Assembly (NCBI GenBank): GCA_002633005.1
Contig: NMRA01000435.1
Coordinates: forward strand, 248,001-312,000
Length of the DNA: 64,000 bases
Reading direction: 5' to 3'
From: Phoronis australis
Lineage: Eukaryota > Animalia > Phoronida
Position numbers and translations under genes: made by a program. Positions 39,701-51,854 of this stretch are shown piece by piece (positions within the stretch are counted from its first letter, which is position 1; each line of letters begins with the position of its first letter). The notes below the pieces were generated by a model. The model had not been told where the DNA came from and did no database searches. It saw only the letters and a list, made by a program, of their open reading frames with translations.

Positions 39701-40387
39701 GCATGGCAGTTGGTAACACTCTGTACGTATACTCCGTGAAACCTAACTAGTGAAGCTGAGAAATGCTCCAATAGGAGCTTCACGTGACGGAAGCTTTTCG
39801 GCGAATTATGCCTCACATTAATTCCAACATCAAAGTCACCTTTTGCGCATCTGAGGGACACCTTGGGTGACCACATCTTTAAGTCCTTCCAACTCGAGAA
39901 AAAACTCTTGTAAAAATGGCCAGTTGCTAATTTGGGCAACTGAACGAAGCCGAAGGACTGCTCGAAAAACAGTTTGATTACGGGAGTATTTGTTCGAGTT
40001 GGAATGAATTAAAGACATCGACATTCTCCAAAGGTGACCCTCTATGGATGTGCAAAAGGTATTTACAACAACATGACTTTGATGTTACAATCAGTGTGAG
40101 ACATAATTCGTCAAAAAGATTCTGGCAATATGAAGCTTCACCGTTTCTGTGGCCACTGTCTATAATTTGGTTGGAGATAGGATTAGGAGCCAGCATGGAG
40201 AAGTAAAATTCTTGCCCACGTAAAACTTCATCAACAGTTTTCCTAGTTTCAGAAAACTATTCATTTTAAGTGATTTGCACCTGTAATAAAAGCGATTCGA
40301 TAACCGCCTATCCCGGACTTGTCCTTTGCCTATCCATTTTACTTCTTTGGTTTCCACTCGCTCGCGAAAATTCCAGTGCCGAACCAT
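15240..40387 (-). CDS. ORC1: Origin recognition complex subunit 1 (BAH domain, long disordered region, AAA+ ATPase, winged helix); 15 coding exons, about 1164 aa
   Basis: Phase-consistent exons: 40387-40281, 39140-39013, 38454-38300, 37517-37223, 36276-35799, 33379-32242, 31671-31574, 31040-30939, 29440-29269, 19710-19603, 18684-18535, 17817-17698, 17174-17014, 15926-15802, 15397-15240 (total 3495 nt). Diagnostic motifs: [30 protein letters not shown] (Walker A), [14 protein letters not shown] (Walker B), [41 protein letters not shown]. Confidence 0.96.
15999..16250. mobile_element. MITE with CAGGG termini (hAT-like)
   Basis: Perfect 12-bp TIR cagggcttggaa / ttccaagccctg, flanked on both sides by ATAAGA. 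Internal aagaggaaa subrepeats. Confidence 0.7.
17490..17610. mobile_element. Palindromic MITE, same family as 48352
   Basis: cattttgagaaccagttttctccactgattaacgggcatcaaactggttctcaaaatg. Confidence 0.7.
21463..23982. repeat. Direct tandem duplication of about 1.28 kb (21463-22746 and 22748-23982) joined by a single N
   Basis: Near-identical copies with scattered SNPs and indels. N at 22747 exactly at the junction. Confidence 0.92.
21661..21745. repeat. (TCA)20 microsatellite followed by (TTA)n
   Basis: Directly visible. The second copy near 22943 has about 6 TCA units. Confidence 0.95.
26201..27766 (+). CDS. UDP-glucuronosyl/glycosyltransferase (UGT family), single coding exon, nested in ORC1 intron 9
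   Basis: 521-aa ORF. It has an N-terminal hydrophobic signal, the NSH catalytic His region, GVVVFSFGS, the UGT signature [44 protein letters not shown], a C-terminal TM helix and a basic tail. Confidence 0.95.
   Translation: MKISLFVHGVLSVVATSMLVGRCVGLKILVYPFGITRNSHSIHMEKMAELLAENGHDVHVLVSETYTLPHRIRQAGVKIIVFKVNTTEVSQDQTRFTSLDAYLSMSPFNLLSFVVRTMYTICEMLLRDNKSVLERLHHETYDLLIFDSFDKCVEAISSYLDRPLISYHSQGLSKVKNPDIPEPRSYIPLHLTDYTDQMTFYERMVNDLKGLMMIPVRTVIYSFFNSLASKYSIEVKDKEIMRFIYDDFAVAFLQPIMPDMVLMGGAFIEPPSPLSTELESFVQSSGDNGVVVFSFGSILKDYGVKWTEVFAEAFARLPQKVLWRYSGKPPRNLGANTKLASWLPQTDLLAHPKTRAFITHCGMNSAYEAAFFGIPVVALPLGADQPHQATKLCDHHKMGVKLDLRSMTIQSLIDATQNVISNPKYKENAMIVSRRFQAHQRSAKEKILFWVDYAGHNNGSDHLISNARKLPLHKYLLLDVYTFCIVVIIAGFYVIYTILKSLYKKVCLRKAQKSESRDKND
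29437..29630. repeat. Minisatellite of about 65 bp, 3 copies, overlapping the ORC1 exon 9 acceptor
   Basis: Unit acacctgtgaca(c/t)gagagggatggtattatatgggagtgacaccagtatcaggat(g/a)ttgctggct. Confidence 0.9.
29755..29825 (-). mobile_element. Degenerate tRNA-derived SINE head
   Basis: The minus strand reads gaggagacagtgtggcccaagggttt...cagtttcgaatc, sharing its 5' end with the 55040 copy. Confidence 0.5.
32500..33315 (-). repeat. In-frame 408-bp (136-aa) tandem duplication inside ORC1 exon 6
   Basis: [17 protein letters not shown]...[17 protein letters not shown]...[18 protein letters not shown] occurs twice, offset by 408 nt. Confidence 0.93.
33880..35540. repeat. Diverged tandem array of about 145-bp monomers with a higher-order period of about 430-450 bp, probably the core of a non-autonomous transposon
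   Basis: Recurrent ccactagrkggcrc...aaatttcatgaaaat...ggagata units. Blocks at 34331, 34761 and 35209 are closely similar. The array ends in a degenerate (GACG)n tract at about 35480-35525. Confidence 0.8.
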
Positions 40388-40630
40388 GTTGCACGCTAGT
40401 TTGTCTGATTACCGCTAGGTTCTTGCCTATCCAGGCTAGTCACGTGATCTATTCGAAATGTCATAAATTCAACATTTTAGATGCACCAAAACCCAGTGAA
40501 TTTGTGCAGACGAGATCTTTATTGCTCTTAGAATATACATGCTATTGTATTTGATTCAACATCAGTTGAGCAGGACATTTAGCCCTTACGTTTGATGTTC
40601 GAGAGATTCTGAGAAATTGTGAGATCCAAA
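40388..40630. promoter_or_regulatory. Bidirectional promoter region shared by ORC1 and PRPF38A
   Basis: The divergent start codons are separated by only 243 bp. E-box GTCACGTGA at about 40439. E2F-like TTTTCGCG on the minus strand at 40363-40370. YY1-like AAAATGGCG overlaps the PRPF38A ATG. Confidence 0.75.
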
Positions 40631-43600
40631 ATGGCGAACCGCACAGTGAAAGATGCTCACACTGTGAAGGGGACAAATCCTCAATATTTAGTGGAAAAGA
40701 TAACCAGGAGTCGCATTTATGAGTCTAAATATTGGAAGGAACAATGTTTTGCTTTGTCAGGTGACTAAACTTTTGCTGTTTTCTCAATTTTACTGTCAAA
40801 TTTTGCACCTGTAGTAATAGCCGAGATCACCCGACCCGGGGATCGAACCCGCGACCCCCATAAAACCAGAGACTGGCTAATACTGTAGTAGCTGACACAA
40901 GGTGTATATTTAGTATACAGCTTTGCACCAAGACTACCTCTGCCATTGCCAGCTGTTGGCCGGTAGGCGGTAATTGTTGGATGGGTAGGTCCCAGATTTA
41001 AAATTGAATTGTGAAACAGTTACTACCTCTGAATAATGAGTGTTCTTCAGTGGGAGTAACTGGTTCTCAAATCAGGTACCCATGTATCCGACTATTACCT
41101 TTTGGGCAATTACATTGCCATGTATGCCGAAGTTGGGAACTGGCCATTTTTACACTCCTCGAACTACAGGATATGAAATAAGCTCCCCGACCCGGCTGCG
41201 ACAGACATGACGTGAAAACGCTGCTGTCTGATGACACTAATGTTTAAGAACACACGACCACTCGTAGAATTGCAATCTGGTTTTCCAGTCGTGGATTCGT
41301 ATCCCACCCCTAACCCCAAATCTGTAGTATGTTGTACCTTTACTGAGAAACACCACAGAATCACACTGTTGCAATGTTGTGCGTAAAATTGGAATCCTGC
41401 TTAATCTCAAGATGGCGTATGCATGAATTTCACAATGAAACTTTGCAAGTTTTATTCAAATAATCACGTTTACGTTGATAAGAATTTGCACTGCACTTAA
41501 GTAAATTATGTGTTAATAAAACAATGTAAATTTAATTAGTGATCGTGAGGCCAATAATTACGAAAATTCATTACACAGAACAAAAAAATCCCCTGATTGC
41601 CTTAAACGAATATTTGATTCCAAGTTCACGCACAACAACAGCAAGAATACATTAACTGTGAATGGCCGTAAATATCTGTCCCAAGTTCAATTTTAACCAT
41701 CTATGCTTATCTTGATGCCTGTGCTGTTATTTTGTGTCCTGTAGACTTGGAATTTGCACAACTGATATGTAGTATTATTAGATTTTAAGAATACTATAAT
41801 GTTGTTTGGTGTCAAAACATGTTAAATGATCAGATGATCATAGACGCTTTTTGTAGCATTCTCTTAAAGTGTTCATGGATGCGAAAATTTATTTAGTAAC
41901 TGTAATACATGCTAAGGCTGTCTCCATGCGGATTGTCCAAACAAGAAAGATATGCAGTGCCACAAATCTATTCATATGCTTCCAGAGCTTGACATAAGCG
42001 AGTGAACGCTCGAAAATACAAGTGGTAAAAGTCGTATCACTCGTCTGGGGTTTTTTGGTTGCCACTTATTACAGTCCTAAATTCGAGAATACGAGTGGAA
42101 AACATGTCATCGCTTGTATTTTCGAGTGGACTTTTTTGCCTGTGTCGAACGTTGGCTTCGTAATTTCATTCATTGTTTTATCAAATGTGAGCTTTGCTTT
42201 GATGATCTTTGTCCCATTAGTTTGAACTTCAAAGAAAGATTTCTTGCTTTTAGCTGAACTATTAGTGGACAAAGCTATGGAGTTGAAATATGTGGGTGGT
42301 GTGTATGGCGGCAACATAAAGCCTACGCCATTCTTATGCCTCATTCTCAAGATGCTTCAGATTCAACCAGAGAAAGACATCATTGTGGAATTCATCAAGA
42401 ACCCGGACTTTAAGTAAGTTTCTATGTGTTGCCGGTGAAAAAGTATTTTCTTAGAATAATTGTAGTTATATCTCATCTGTACTATTTTGTACTATAATGC
42501 TCCAACGCTGACCAGTATTTGTCATTACTTAGGGAGGTACTCAGGGACCAGGAAAATTATTATGCGTTGGACATTGGGCAAACAGTTTGATGTCCGTTAT
42601 TCTGTTGAGAAAACTGGTTGTTGACCACTGTTAGTGGCCATTGCTGAAAATTGTTTTAACTTGAAAATTTTGTTTGACTTTAACAGTTGTGATTTATTTT
42701 TTGTTTCAGGTATGTCCGTGCCCTAGGGGCCTTATACATGCGACTGACTGGAAGTTCCTTAGATGTCCACAAGTACTTAGAGCCTCTGTATAATGATTAC
42801 AGAAAAATAAAAAGGCAAAACACTTCTGGAGGTAGGGTTGCTTTTTAATTTGAAGTTACATATACCCCATCTAGTGTCGAAATGTGAAAACACCAACGTC
42901 TAAATTAAACATTTTTTCATTTCTCCAAGGTAAGAATTGATTGAGAGGAATGGAGATACTGTTTACTTAGCAATGGTCTCATGATGATATGGCAGTTCTT
43001 GTTAAAGGTTATGTTGGACCATAAGAAGATGGCCAATTTTGGAACATCACATCTCAGAAATGGCTGATGGGATTCATATGAAGCTTGCAGATACTATGTC
43101 TTACACACTGTTCTCCAAAATGCTGCCAAGAATTGTTTTTAAAATGTTTCGCTATTGTATCAGGAGCTATCAGAAAGTCGGATTTTCATGATTTTCATGA
43201 AAAAACTCAAAACTTCCGAAAATGAAATGATGTTGAAAACTGCAATGCCGTTTTTGAGATTTTATCTTGAACTTTGATATTAAATGAAATTTGGTCATGT
43301 TATTCATATTGTTGTTTTGCTATCTGTGCCTTTCTGTTTTGCTAAATTTGGACTAAAAATACATGGCCACGTAATTTAATTGCTGGCAGACTGGTAAAAA
43401 GTCAAAAGTCAAAATCTAAAGACGTTTTATATTCGGAAAACATATTTTTTACTGGGATAAAATCTACAGTTTTGTTGGTATTTGGCTAACTAAACAATCC
43501 TGTATAACCTTTTAACATATATTTAAGTCATATACATATTTTGATTCAGAACCTGAGAATGTCCAAATTAAGTTTGCCTGCAAACTGGGCTTTCAGTCGT

Positions 43601-46600
43601 TTGAACTCAATACAATCAATTATGTAAACGAGAATGAACTATTGCGCTATACACATAACATTGTTTATAGCATAAAAGTTCCAGATTTGCGAGCCAAAGG
43701 TATCGTTTAACATTGTCAATCACTTTCTTTTTGCAATGGTTATTTGGCATCATTTGCACACGTAGCCTAGTTCATTTTGACTTGCCAATAATTTTCATGC
43801 AATAGCACATCTTAGATTTTTTTATATGACAAATGCCTCATGCTTCTGAAAATAGGTTCGAAATGAAAGTTTTAACTGTTGGATAGTCGCCAGAGCCCAG
43901 GGTCTAATCTCTTTTCTCAAAATCGATCTGGAAATTATTTTTGGCATTTCGTTTACACAATGGCTTATATGGATAACTTTCTGATAATTATTTCCTCTTA
44001 ATGATCCCAGCATTTAGTCTAAAAGTTCGAGTCTGAACTCAAAATTTTTTCTTTTATCTGAAATCTTGAGTTTTTGTAGCACCGATATAGGCGTCATCAT
44101 GTGCAAACTTAGTCTTGAAACTCGTATGCATAGTCTATGATATGTCTGAGCACAGAATAATAGATACTTTAGTTTGCACAAAAGTGGAACGGAAAATGCT
44201 GAAAATAATTTTGTGTTTGATTTCGACTACGAGGTTTAGACCGTGGCCCTCAAAGACGTCCAAAATCTAAGTTCTGGTTTCAGGCTGATTTTTTTATTCC
44301 ATTTTCTCTTTGTAGAGTTTGAGTTACTGCACATGGATGAATACATTGATGAACTGTTGCGAGAGGAACGAGTGTGCGACATTATTCTACCAAGGGTGCA
44401 GGTATGTGCCGTATTATCATCTCAGATTATCGCCTTTGAAATTTTATTACACCAATTTATTTTATCTTATACAAAATCATAATTGTATAGGAAAGGGTAT
44501 ATACAGTACGATCCATTAAAGAACTGTTTTTTCCATTGGTTTTAACATGCTATAATAACACGTCTGTATCAAACTTGTGTGTTCTGTAGAAACGACAAGT
44601 GTTGGAAGAGTCCAATCAGCTCGATCCCAGAGTTAGTGCACTCGACGATGATCTCGAGGAAGGTGACCTATCTGACGAGGAAGAATTATTAAAGGTATCG
44701 CCTTCATCTCGACTGTGGTAGCCTCTCTTTAATTATGCATTCAAATTTCCAAAATTTTGTAATTCCTAGCTTTTTTTTCACACTTAACAAGAAATCCTCA
44801 AAATTTCCTGAAGTTTTGTTTAAGATAGCCGTTCAGTGCAAATCATTCTATTGTTGAAGGCAATTTCTTTCTCAACGTTTGCTTTTGTCAAGAAAGTTTG
44901 ATAAATTGAAATGTCCCGTCTCTGCCATTTTCTGTGCTAATTTGAAGTGCCATTAGCGTAAATTAATTCGCATCATTGTTTGTGATGTGGAATGACCTCA
45001 TTTCCAATGTTAAACCATGCAAAATCCCTCCCCCTCCTTCCGGCCCTGCCCCTCCCCAGTAGTTCCCCCTCTCTGCCTTCCCGTCCCTCACTGTGAATTG
45101 GTTACTGAATCGTGAGTGTTCATTTCATTATGTTTGAATAGTTCTCCTTCACTACCGTGAAAGAAAGTTAAGAAGGATCATCAACAATCTTTTAAAAAGT
45201 TCATGGATTCATTGTTTACTGGATTTCTAAAAAAGTCTATGCCATTAAGTTAACACTGTAACCATTGTTGTAAATGGAAAAATTTAAAGAGATACATTTT
45301 TTCCCCTGTGAGCCTTTTATACCAGTTTTCCTGAAATTATTGCTTGCTAATAAAAAGTAATGAAACATGCATACAATAGTTTTGTGCTTTGTACATAGTC
45401 TAGGCCTAGGTGTGAGGTGAAATGACAAACAGACCTTGTGATACTTGATACTTCAAATTGGTGGAAAATGCTTGTGATGTGAACTTTACTCTCGATGAGA
45501 AACTTAGGTATCTTGTAATAATTAGTGTTTACTCCGTGTGTACTTTCTGTAGACGGAACGTTAGAATTTGCTTGTTTTATATTGGCAGTGTGATGTTGTT
45601 AAAAATTTAGAAACTCTAATAGAGAACTGAGTGAAAGGTGGGACCATTATTTCCGTGGCTACCAATGCAGTTACTGTTCTGTTTGGTAACAGATGTAGAA
45701 ACCACCCAGTACAAAACTTTATTTTATGGCTTTATATTACATAAGCAGCGCCTGAATGGTAAACCTCCAAATAAAACTGTATTGCAAAAACAAATTGAAT
45801 TGTATTACTATTCCAAGAATCACGTTTATTANATCATGCAGAAAATAGTGCAAGTGGTCTGCTGAGGTGCGTTGTTTATTTCCCTGCAATCTCTCTCAAC
45901 ACTGTGAAAACATACACAACGTTATGGCTCTTACAATTCTACTTAATGGTGGCTATACCATTAAGGTAAAAAATGTCCTTTCAAATTTCTAGGAAGAAAC
46001 AAAAACGACCGCATCTCCGGAGAGAAATCAACGCGACAAGTCGAGACGGAGTGCATCACCCAAAAGAAGAAAAAGTAGATCACCGACCAGGCGACGGTAA
46101 GTACCTTAAGCTCTGTCGAGGTAGTCCTGTAGAGGGTGCTGTGTGGGGGAGTACCGTAGGATAGGATTTCATTGCAGCTTTATTGTGTCGTTCTCTGTTT
46201 TCAACCGTAACTCCTCCATAATACTGTATTCGCGGAGCAAGTTATGTGCACATGTATACATGAAGGAACATTAAGTACAATGGGTTGCATCACCTCACAT
46301 TCAAAATTGGTTGAAAAACTTGAATTGTAAGTGCTTGTGACTATACAGTTTTAGAAAATAATAAACTGTAAGTCTTGCAGGAATGTTTCTACCTTGCAGT
46401 TTTAAATCATAACTGTCACATTATTGTGTCTTTTTCGACATCATCATAGATGAGCCGATGTTATGCGTCAAGGCCAAGACAAAATTGTATGTCTGCTGGA
46501 TAGGTGCTCATTTCTGATTCAGCTTTCAAACGTGCCTGATTTTGTTCTTTGCCGTTCAGGAGATCAAAGGAACGTGATAGGCCGGGACGAGAACGTCACC

Positions 46601-47133
46601 GCAGCAGGTCACGTGAGAGGCGACACAAGTCAAGGTCACCACATGATCACAGCAGGAGGCATGACGAGGATGACAGGTGACTATTTAATATAAATAGTTG
46701 TCTTTTCATTGTCTGTATCATTGTATACTTCCCAATGTCAAGTCCTGCTCAGTATTTTGGAAGGCAACTTTTTTAAATTTCAGTTCTGGTTGTGTTCAGG
46801 CATGAATGAACGAATTTTAACCTAATTAATATGTATTGCCTTTGATATATACTAGGAAATCAGATTGTAAAGAACAGTCAAATTATCTGAATCTTATTGA
46901 TTTCACAAATCTTTTGATGAGAAAAAGTTGGGTTATTCTGTGTTCTATTGTCTATTTTCAGAAAACGAAGCCACAAAAGTAAGAAAAGTAAACATGATCA
47001 CAGGGACCGAGAGAGAGATGAACATAGGTCAAAGGACAAATCTAAGAAAGACAAGTACTACAGTGAGGACCCGGAGATTGCTGAGGCCAACGCTCTACGG
47101 AAGAAACTCGGACTAGCTCCTTTACAGGAATAA
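40631..47133 (+). CDS. PRPF38A: Pre-mRNA splicing factor 38A; 8 coding exons, about 331 aa
   Basis: Phase-consistent exons: 40631-40760, 42254-42413, 42710-42831, 44316-44401, 44590-44694, 45993-46096, 46560-46676, 46962-47133 (total 996 nt). Motifs: MANRTVKDAHTVKGTNPQYLVEKITRSRIYESKYWKEQCF, PFLCLILKMLQIQPEKDI, YVRALGALYMRLTG, HMDEYIDELLREERVCDIILPR, and an RS-rich tail. Confidence 0.96.
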
Positions 47134-48351
47134 CGTCTGTGTCGGATTTAAACAAACCGACTAAGAATAGTTCACTTGCCCAATTTCAGGTGTAGAAATA
47201 CCTGGTCGGACTGAATTTGCGGAGGGAATGTGCGAGGCTAACGGAAGCAACTGGTACAAGTTGCTCTACAGGAACAACTTCTTCGTGTCTGTTTCAACTG
47301 ACTGCGCTGACGGAAATTAGTTAACCATCGAGTTTCAGATGATGCCCCATGGCAGTTCTAGAGTATTTGTTTCTTTCATTACTTACAGAAATACTATAAA
47401 TCTCTTGTATTTAATGCCACCTAGAGGGTGATTCTGTGGCACTTACAGCAGAAATGTAGGGAAGACTATTGGATGCTCCTAATTGTGGATTCCACAGTAC
47501 GTTAATTCGACGCTTATTTTGCACAAAAATAATTGGTAACATTTTTAATTTTCCATTTTTAATTTTTCATTGGTTGATTAGTTTGCTGCAAACAATGGAA
47601 ATTTTACCCAGCGTTGCTTTGGGACCTCTACACAGTACAAACTGTTCTAGTAATGGACTAAAATGTTTTTAATCTATATTTCTGTGCAGACATTTGATAA
47701 AATAAATATTTCACTTGTCGGCCATATTGTGTGCTAAAGAGGTGAAGAATTAGTGTATGTTTGCTTTGAAGTAGAAAGGAAAATTATAAAATTGCCGTCC
47801 AATGAGCGCTTGTAGTCCTACCATCTGTTATACACACTACTTTTGCGAACGTTCATCTCAGACAGAAACTTGAACTATATCATTTGCTGCAAAATGTTCC
47901 CTGTGTCTGCTATAGTTGGGCTGACTCATCAAATTCCAATTGAAGAGATCTGACTTGAGTCTGAGCTTGTTTGCCAGTTGGATTGCGTAGCTAAGAAAGA
48001 ACATCATACATCTGTTTGGTCAGATTGAATTAGCAAAGAAAATGTACAAATCACTGGTTTCTACCTGTTCATGTTTTTACTATTAAAATAAATGTATATA
48101 AAAACCTTAAATGTTAAAGTGTTTTTTTTTGAAATTACACCATAGGTGATTTAGCTATACAGCTGTATGGCAAGCAACAAAAAAGTTACATATAAACTTG
48201 TAAGAGAACGCGATAGGCAATGACGTGTTCACTCAGCCTGGAAATTTACTGTTTCCAGTTTTATTTTCAATACAAATCTGGGATTTTGTAGGGCTTATCA
48301 CTCCATGTGTGAGAACTCCACACCCCTCCCTGGGCGCCGATACAGAAATAA

Positions 48352-48460
48352 TGGCAACTGTCACTACAGGGGTCTCTCATTTTGAGAACCAGTTTTCTCC
48401 AGTGAATAGCAGGCATCAAACCGGCTCTCAAAATAGTGGACCCCTGTAATTGACTATTGC
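48352..48460. mobile_element. Palindromic MITE of about 110 bp (best copy of a dispersed family)
   Basis: ggcaactgtc...aggggtc...attttgagaaccagttt / aaaccggctctcaaaat...gacccct...gactattgcc. Relatives at about 10645, 17520, 22527, 23764, 40969, 51443 and 55340. Confidence 0.8.
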
Positions 48461-51442
48461 CGAAATAACAATCCTATCATGTAACTATTTGACACAACAG
48501 CTGGAAACACCAATCGAAACGAGCAAGATATATTCCAAATACTTTTATTTTACATACAGATGTGTTTAATCAAAAACATGGTGTTGTTGATCAGTAACAA
48601 GAATTTTCCGCAAGCTCCTTGTTGAGGTTGGTAGTCATCCAATAACAGTCTTACTAGCAAAACTTAACAAAGGAATACCCTAAATTGATAACGTTAAACA
48701 AAATCAAATAATACACCACCAACTAACATTTTCAATAGCTGACTATTGCTCGCTCGAAATATTCACTTTTAAGGAAAGCTGTGTTAGATACAGAAGTTAA
48801 AACACTCCATAGATAAAATTTCACTTACATGAAATTGTAAGTACTTCAGATAAGTTTCAATTTTGTAAAATTCTTTGGTAACACGAGATATTTTTGCATA
48901 AATATTACATCAGCAAGTATTGTTTGAGATGACCGAATCACCTCAAACATTCAGCACTACCTTCTTTCTCGGGTTTAAGACTTCAGTCAGAAATTTCAGT
49001 TTGGGCTAAAAAAGGAAGATGGTTTAGGTCTTTACCACCACTTCATTTTTACACCTGCACTCAAAGATCAAAAACATGTCTGCCTTGATCAATTTCAGCC
49101 AAGGTTTAATCGTATTTTGAAAAGCTGTAAACAAAGATAAGCAAGATTTGAAATGCCATGATTTCCCAAGGTCTCGTTTCAGTTTCGTTTCATGGAACAT
49201 ACCTCCAGGATAGCCAACAAATATCCCTACTTTGATGCAGCTATAAAATGATTTCATGTTATTCTATCGAAACCAAAAAAATCCTTTGAATGAAGCAAGT
49301 CTTTTTTAGACTTTGCTTCCACAAGTGACAGTAGCTTCAGATTGCCATTCATTTCCGCCCAGCTCCAGCCAAACGAACAATCATACAACCGGCCCTCCAA
49401 CATACAGTAAAAATAGAATTTTATAATAATCAGCCCACACAAAGTTACAAATGTTGCCCAAAACTGTGTGAAAAACCTTAAGATTTAAGGTAAAACTGGA
49501 AAATTTACAGACTCCGGTAAGTGATAATGTATCTCCGAACTTTATGGGCTTAACTTTAATTACTGTACATTATATTTTCCATAATAAACATTAAAAATGA
49601 TTATAGAAGTTAATCACTAGGAGAAATGTTTTCCAAGAACCGATTTAAACATTCTTGCAGATGTTGCGAGCACTTCAATATCCCTACACACTACCAACAT
49701 ACGCACCTTATGTATCCGTACAAGTACACATCCTCTCATCAGGCGAATTTCACAAGACACAATTAAGTATTTTATTCATAATAAACTGAACATTTTTGAC
49801 CATCAATGGCAGCGGTCATCCTCAGAATGATGGTTAGGTGGACTTGTAGTCACATGTTGAAGTTCCTGCCTTGGGCCACATAATACGATGTCATTAATGT
49901 CAGAAAGAGAGCGCTAATTTATTTCAATTGAAGGTAAACAAACTTCGACCGCTTTCCTAATAAACAGCTTCTGGTGCTTGAAAATGTTTCAATTTATTGT
50001 AAGTCCTTCATTGCGTCTCATCAAATTCTTCCAATATTTGACTCACCAATCGGGTGAAATTATCTAGTGAGATTATAAGTTTAACCCAATCACGTCTAAT
50101 CTACCTCTCCCTTTGCCTACAGTCTGTCTTTTGTTACGCTAGCACTAAGCTGCTTTGAAAAACCAAAGACATAGAGACAGAGGTTGGCCATCACGTGACT
50201 TTGTATACGCATAGCAGGGCGACCATTGTGTTGTGTGGTATTGAGTGTGATAGACAGTGCAAGCTGGAGGACTAAAAGGCTTTTACTCTGAAACCATTGG
50301 GTTTGAGTTTGATGAAATGGGTAACAAAAATGCTTGTATTTTTGCACTCTTACAACTATTGAGACATTGTGAAATTAAAATGAAAATCCTCTTAAGTCCT
50401 TAATTAGTATCCTGCTAGTGTATTTTTGTTTTATTTCACTGTTTCTCTGTGTCTAATTGTGCATTTAATATACCAAGGTGTCTTATCCACCTAAGGCCAC
50501 CCTGGTTTAAAATGAGCTTCCACGCAACAATGTGGCACCACATGCGGTGTGTGCTTTCACAGCTGTCTATTGTAGAATGTCCGATTTCTGTCTATATATC
50601 TATGGGAAACCTGCTTCAGACAGCACAGATTCATCAAATGTAACCAATGTCCGATACAGGCCCACCCGGGTGTAATCCCATCCCACTTTTGTAGTAGCCA
50701 ATAACAACACCATCTGAGCAAACACAATAATCTAAACATGTTTCAAACAAAGATCTCTAACGAATAACAGCAATATAATCTTAAACATGCAAGTACAACA
50801 GAAGTAACTACAAAAATAAACAAGCAGGTCCAATATCCACAACCGAACCCGATTGGTTCACGAACCAATGACGGAGGCTTTATCAAATTACGGTAAAAAC
50901 TCACTATTTTTGAAAAAAAAATAATGTTTCAAATTCTTCAAACACTGCTATGCATGCTCAGAAATTCTCAGAATCATCGTCTGATGCCAGCTGTTGTATA
51001 CATTTTTAAAGACAGTGTATACCATTTATTTGGCGCTACTAAGCCTTCATGAAAAAGTTAGAAAGTAAAATTTCACTTGTTGAACATATTTTTTCCCAAA
51101 TTGTAAAGATTTTATCGTCATTACTAGAATTCGATTACTTGTGAATGACCTCCCTATGATCAGTCACAGCTAGGGGTGGGCAACGAGATCTTACAATCCA
51201 TACATATTTCCAAAAGACAACTAACAAATTCAATAACAAAAATATTCATAAGTTACAGTTAATGATTAAATTTTCTTAACCTCGACTTAGCATCCAAATA
51301 TCATGGCAGCACTATGGTGAACTTGACAATTATGCATCGATCTCGGCATATTCATTGCTTTTGATTTGCATCTAATTTTATGAGGACAACGTTTTTGAAT
51401 GATTGAAACTGTGTTCAAGGTCCATCTTTACTTGGTCCACGC

Positions 51443-51550
51443 CAAATAGTCGGACACAACGATCCCGCATTTTAGAACCAGATTTCTCCACTGAATTACA
51501 GGCGACAAACTGGTTCTCAAAATGTGGGCACATTATATCCAACTATTGCC
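51443..51550. mobile_element. Palindromic MITE, same family as 48352
   Basis: aatagtcgga...cgcattttagaaccag / ctggttctcaaaatgtg...tccaactattgcc. Confidence 0.75.
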
Positions 51551-51854
51551 TAAAAGACCAATAATCAAATAGAGTCTGAGAGCATGAGTCTTGATGTACA
51601 CTAAAACTTGTACACTGAACGAAAATGTTTTAGAAAGATTCCTACAAAATTAAAACCAGAACCAGGTCTCAGTACAAACAGATACAGATCAAGTAACCAA
51701 GTCTTCACAAATCACAGACATGTAAAAACAGACTCCCTGCTCTTGCACTGAAAGCCTTCAAACAAGAAACATGGTGCTGGCTAAGTTTCTTTTTGGCATA
51801 CATATTTTGATCATGGCAAAAATAGCACCGAGTAAACGAAAAGCCAACATGACT

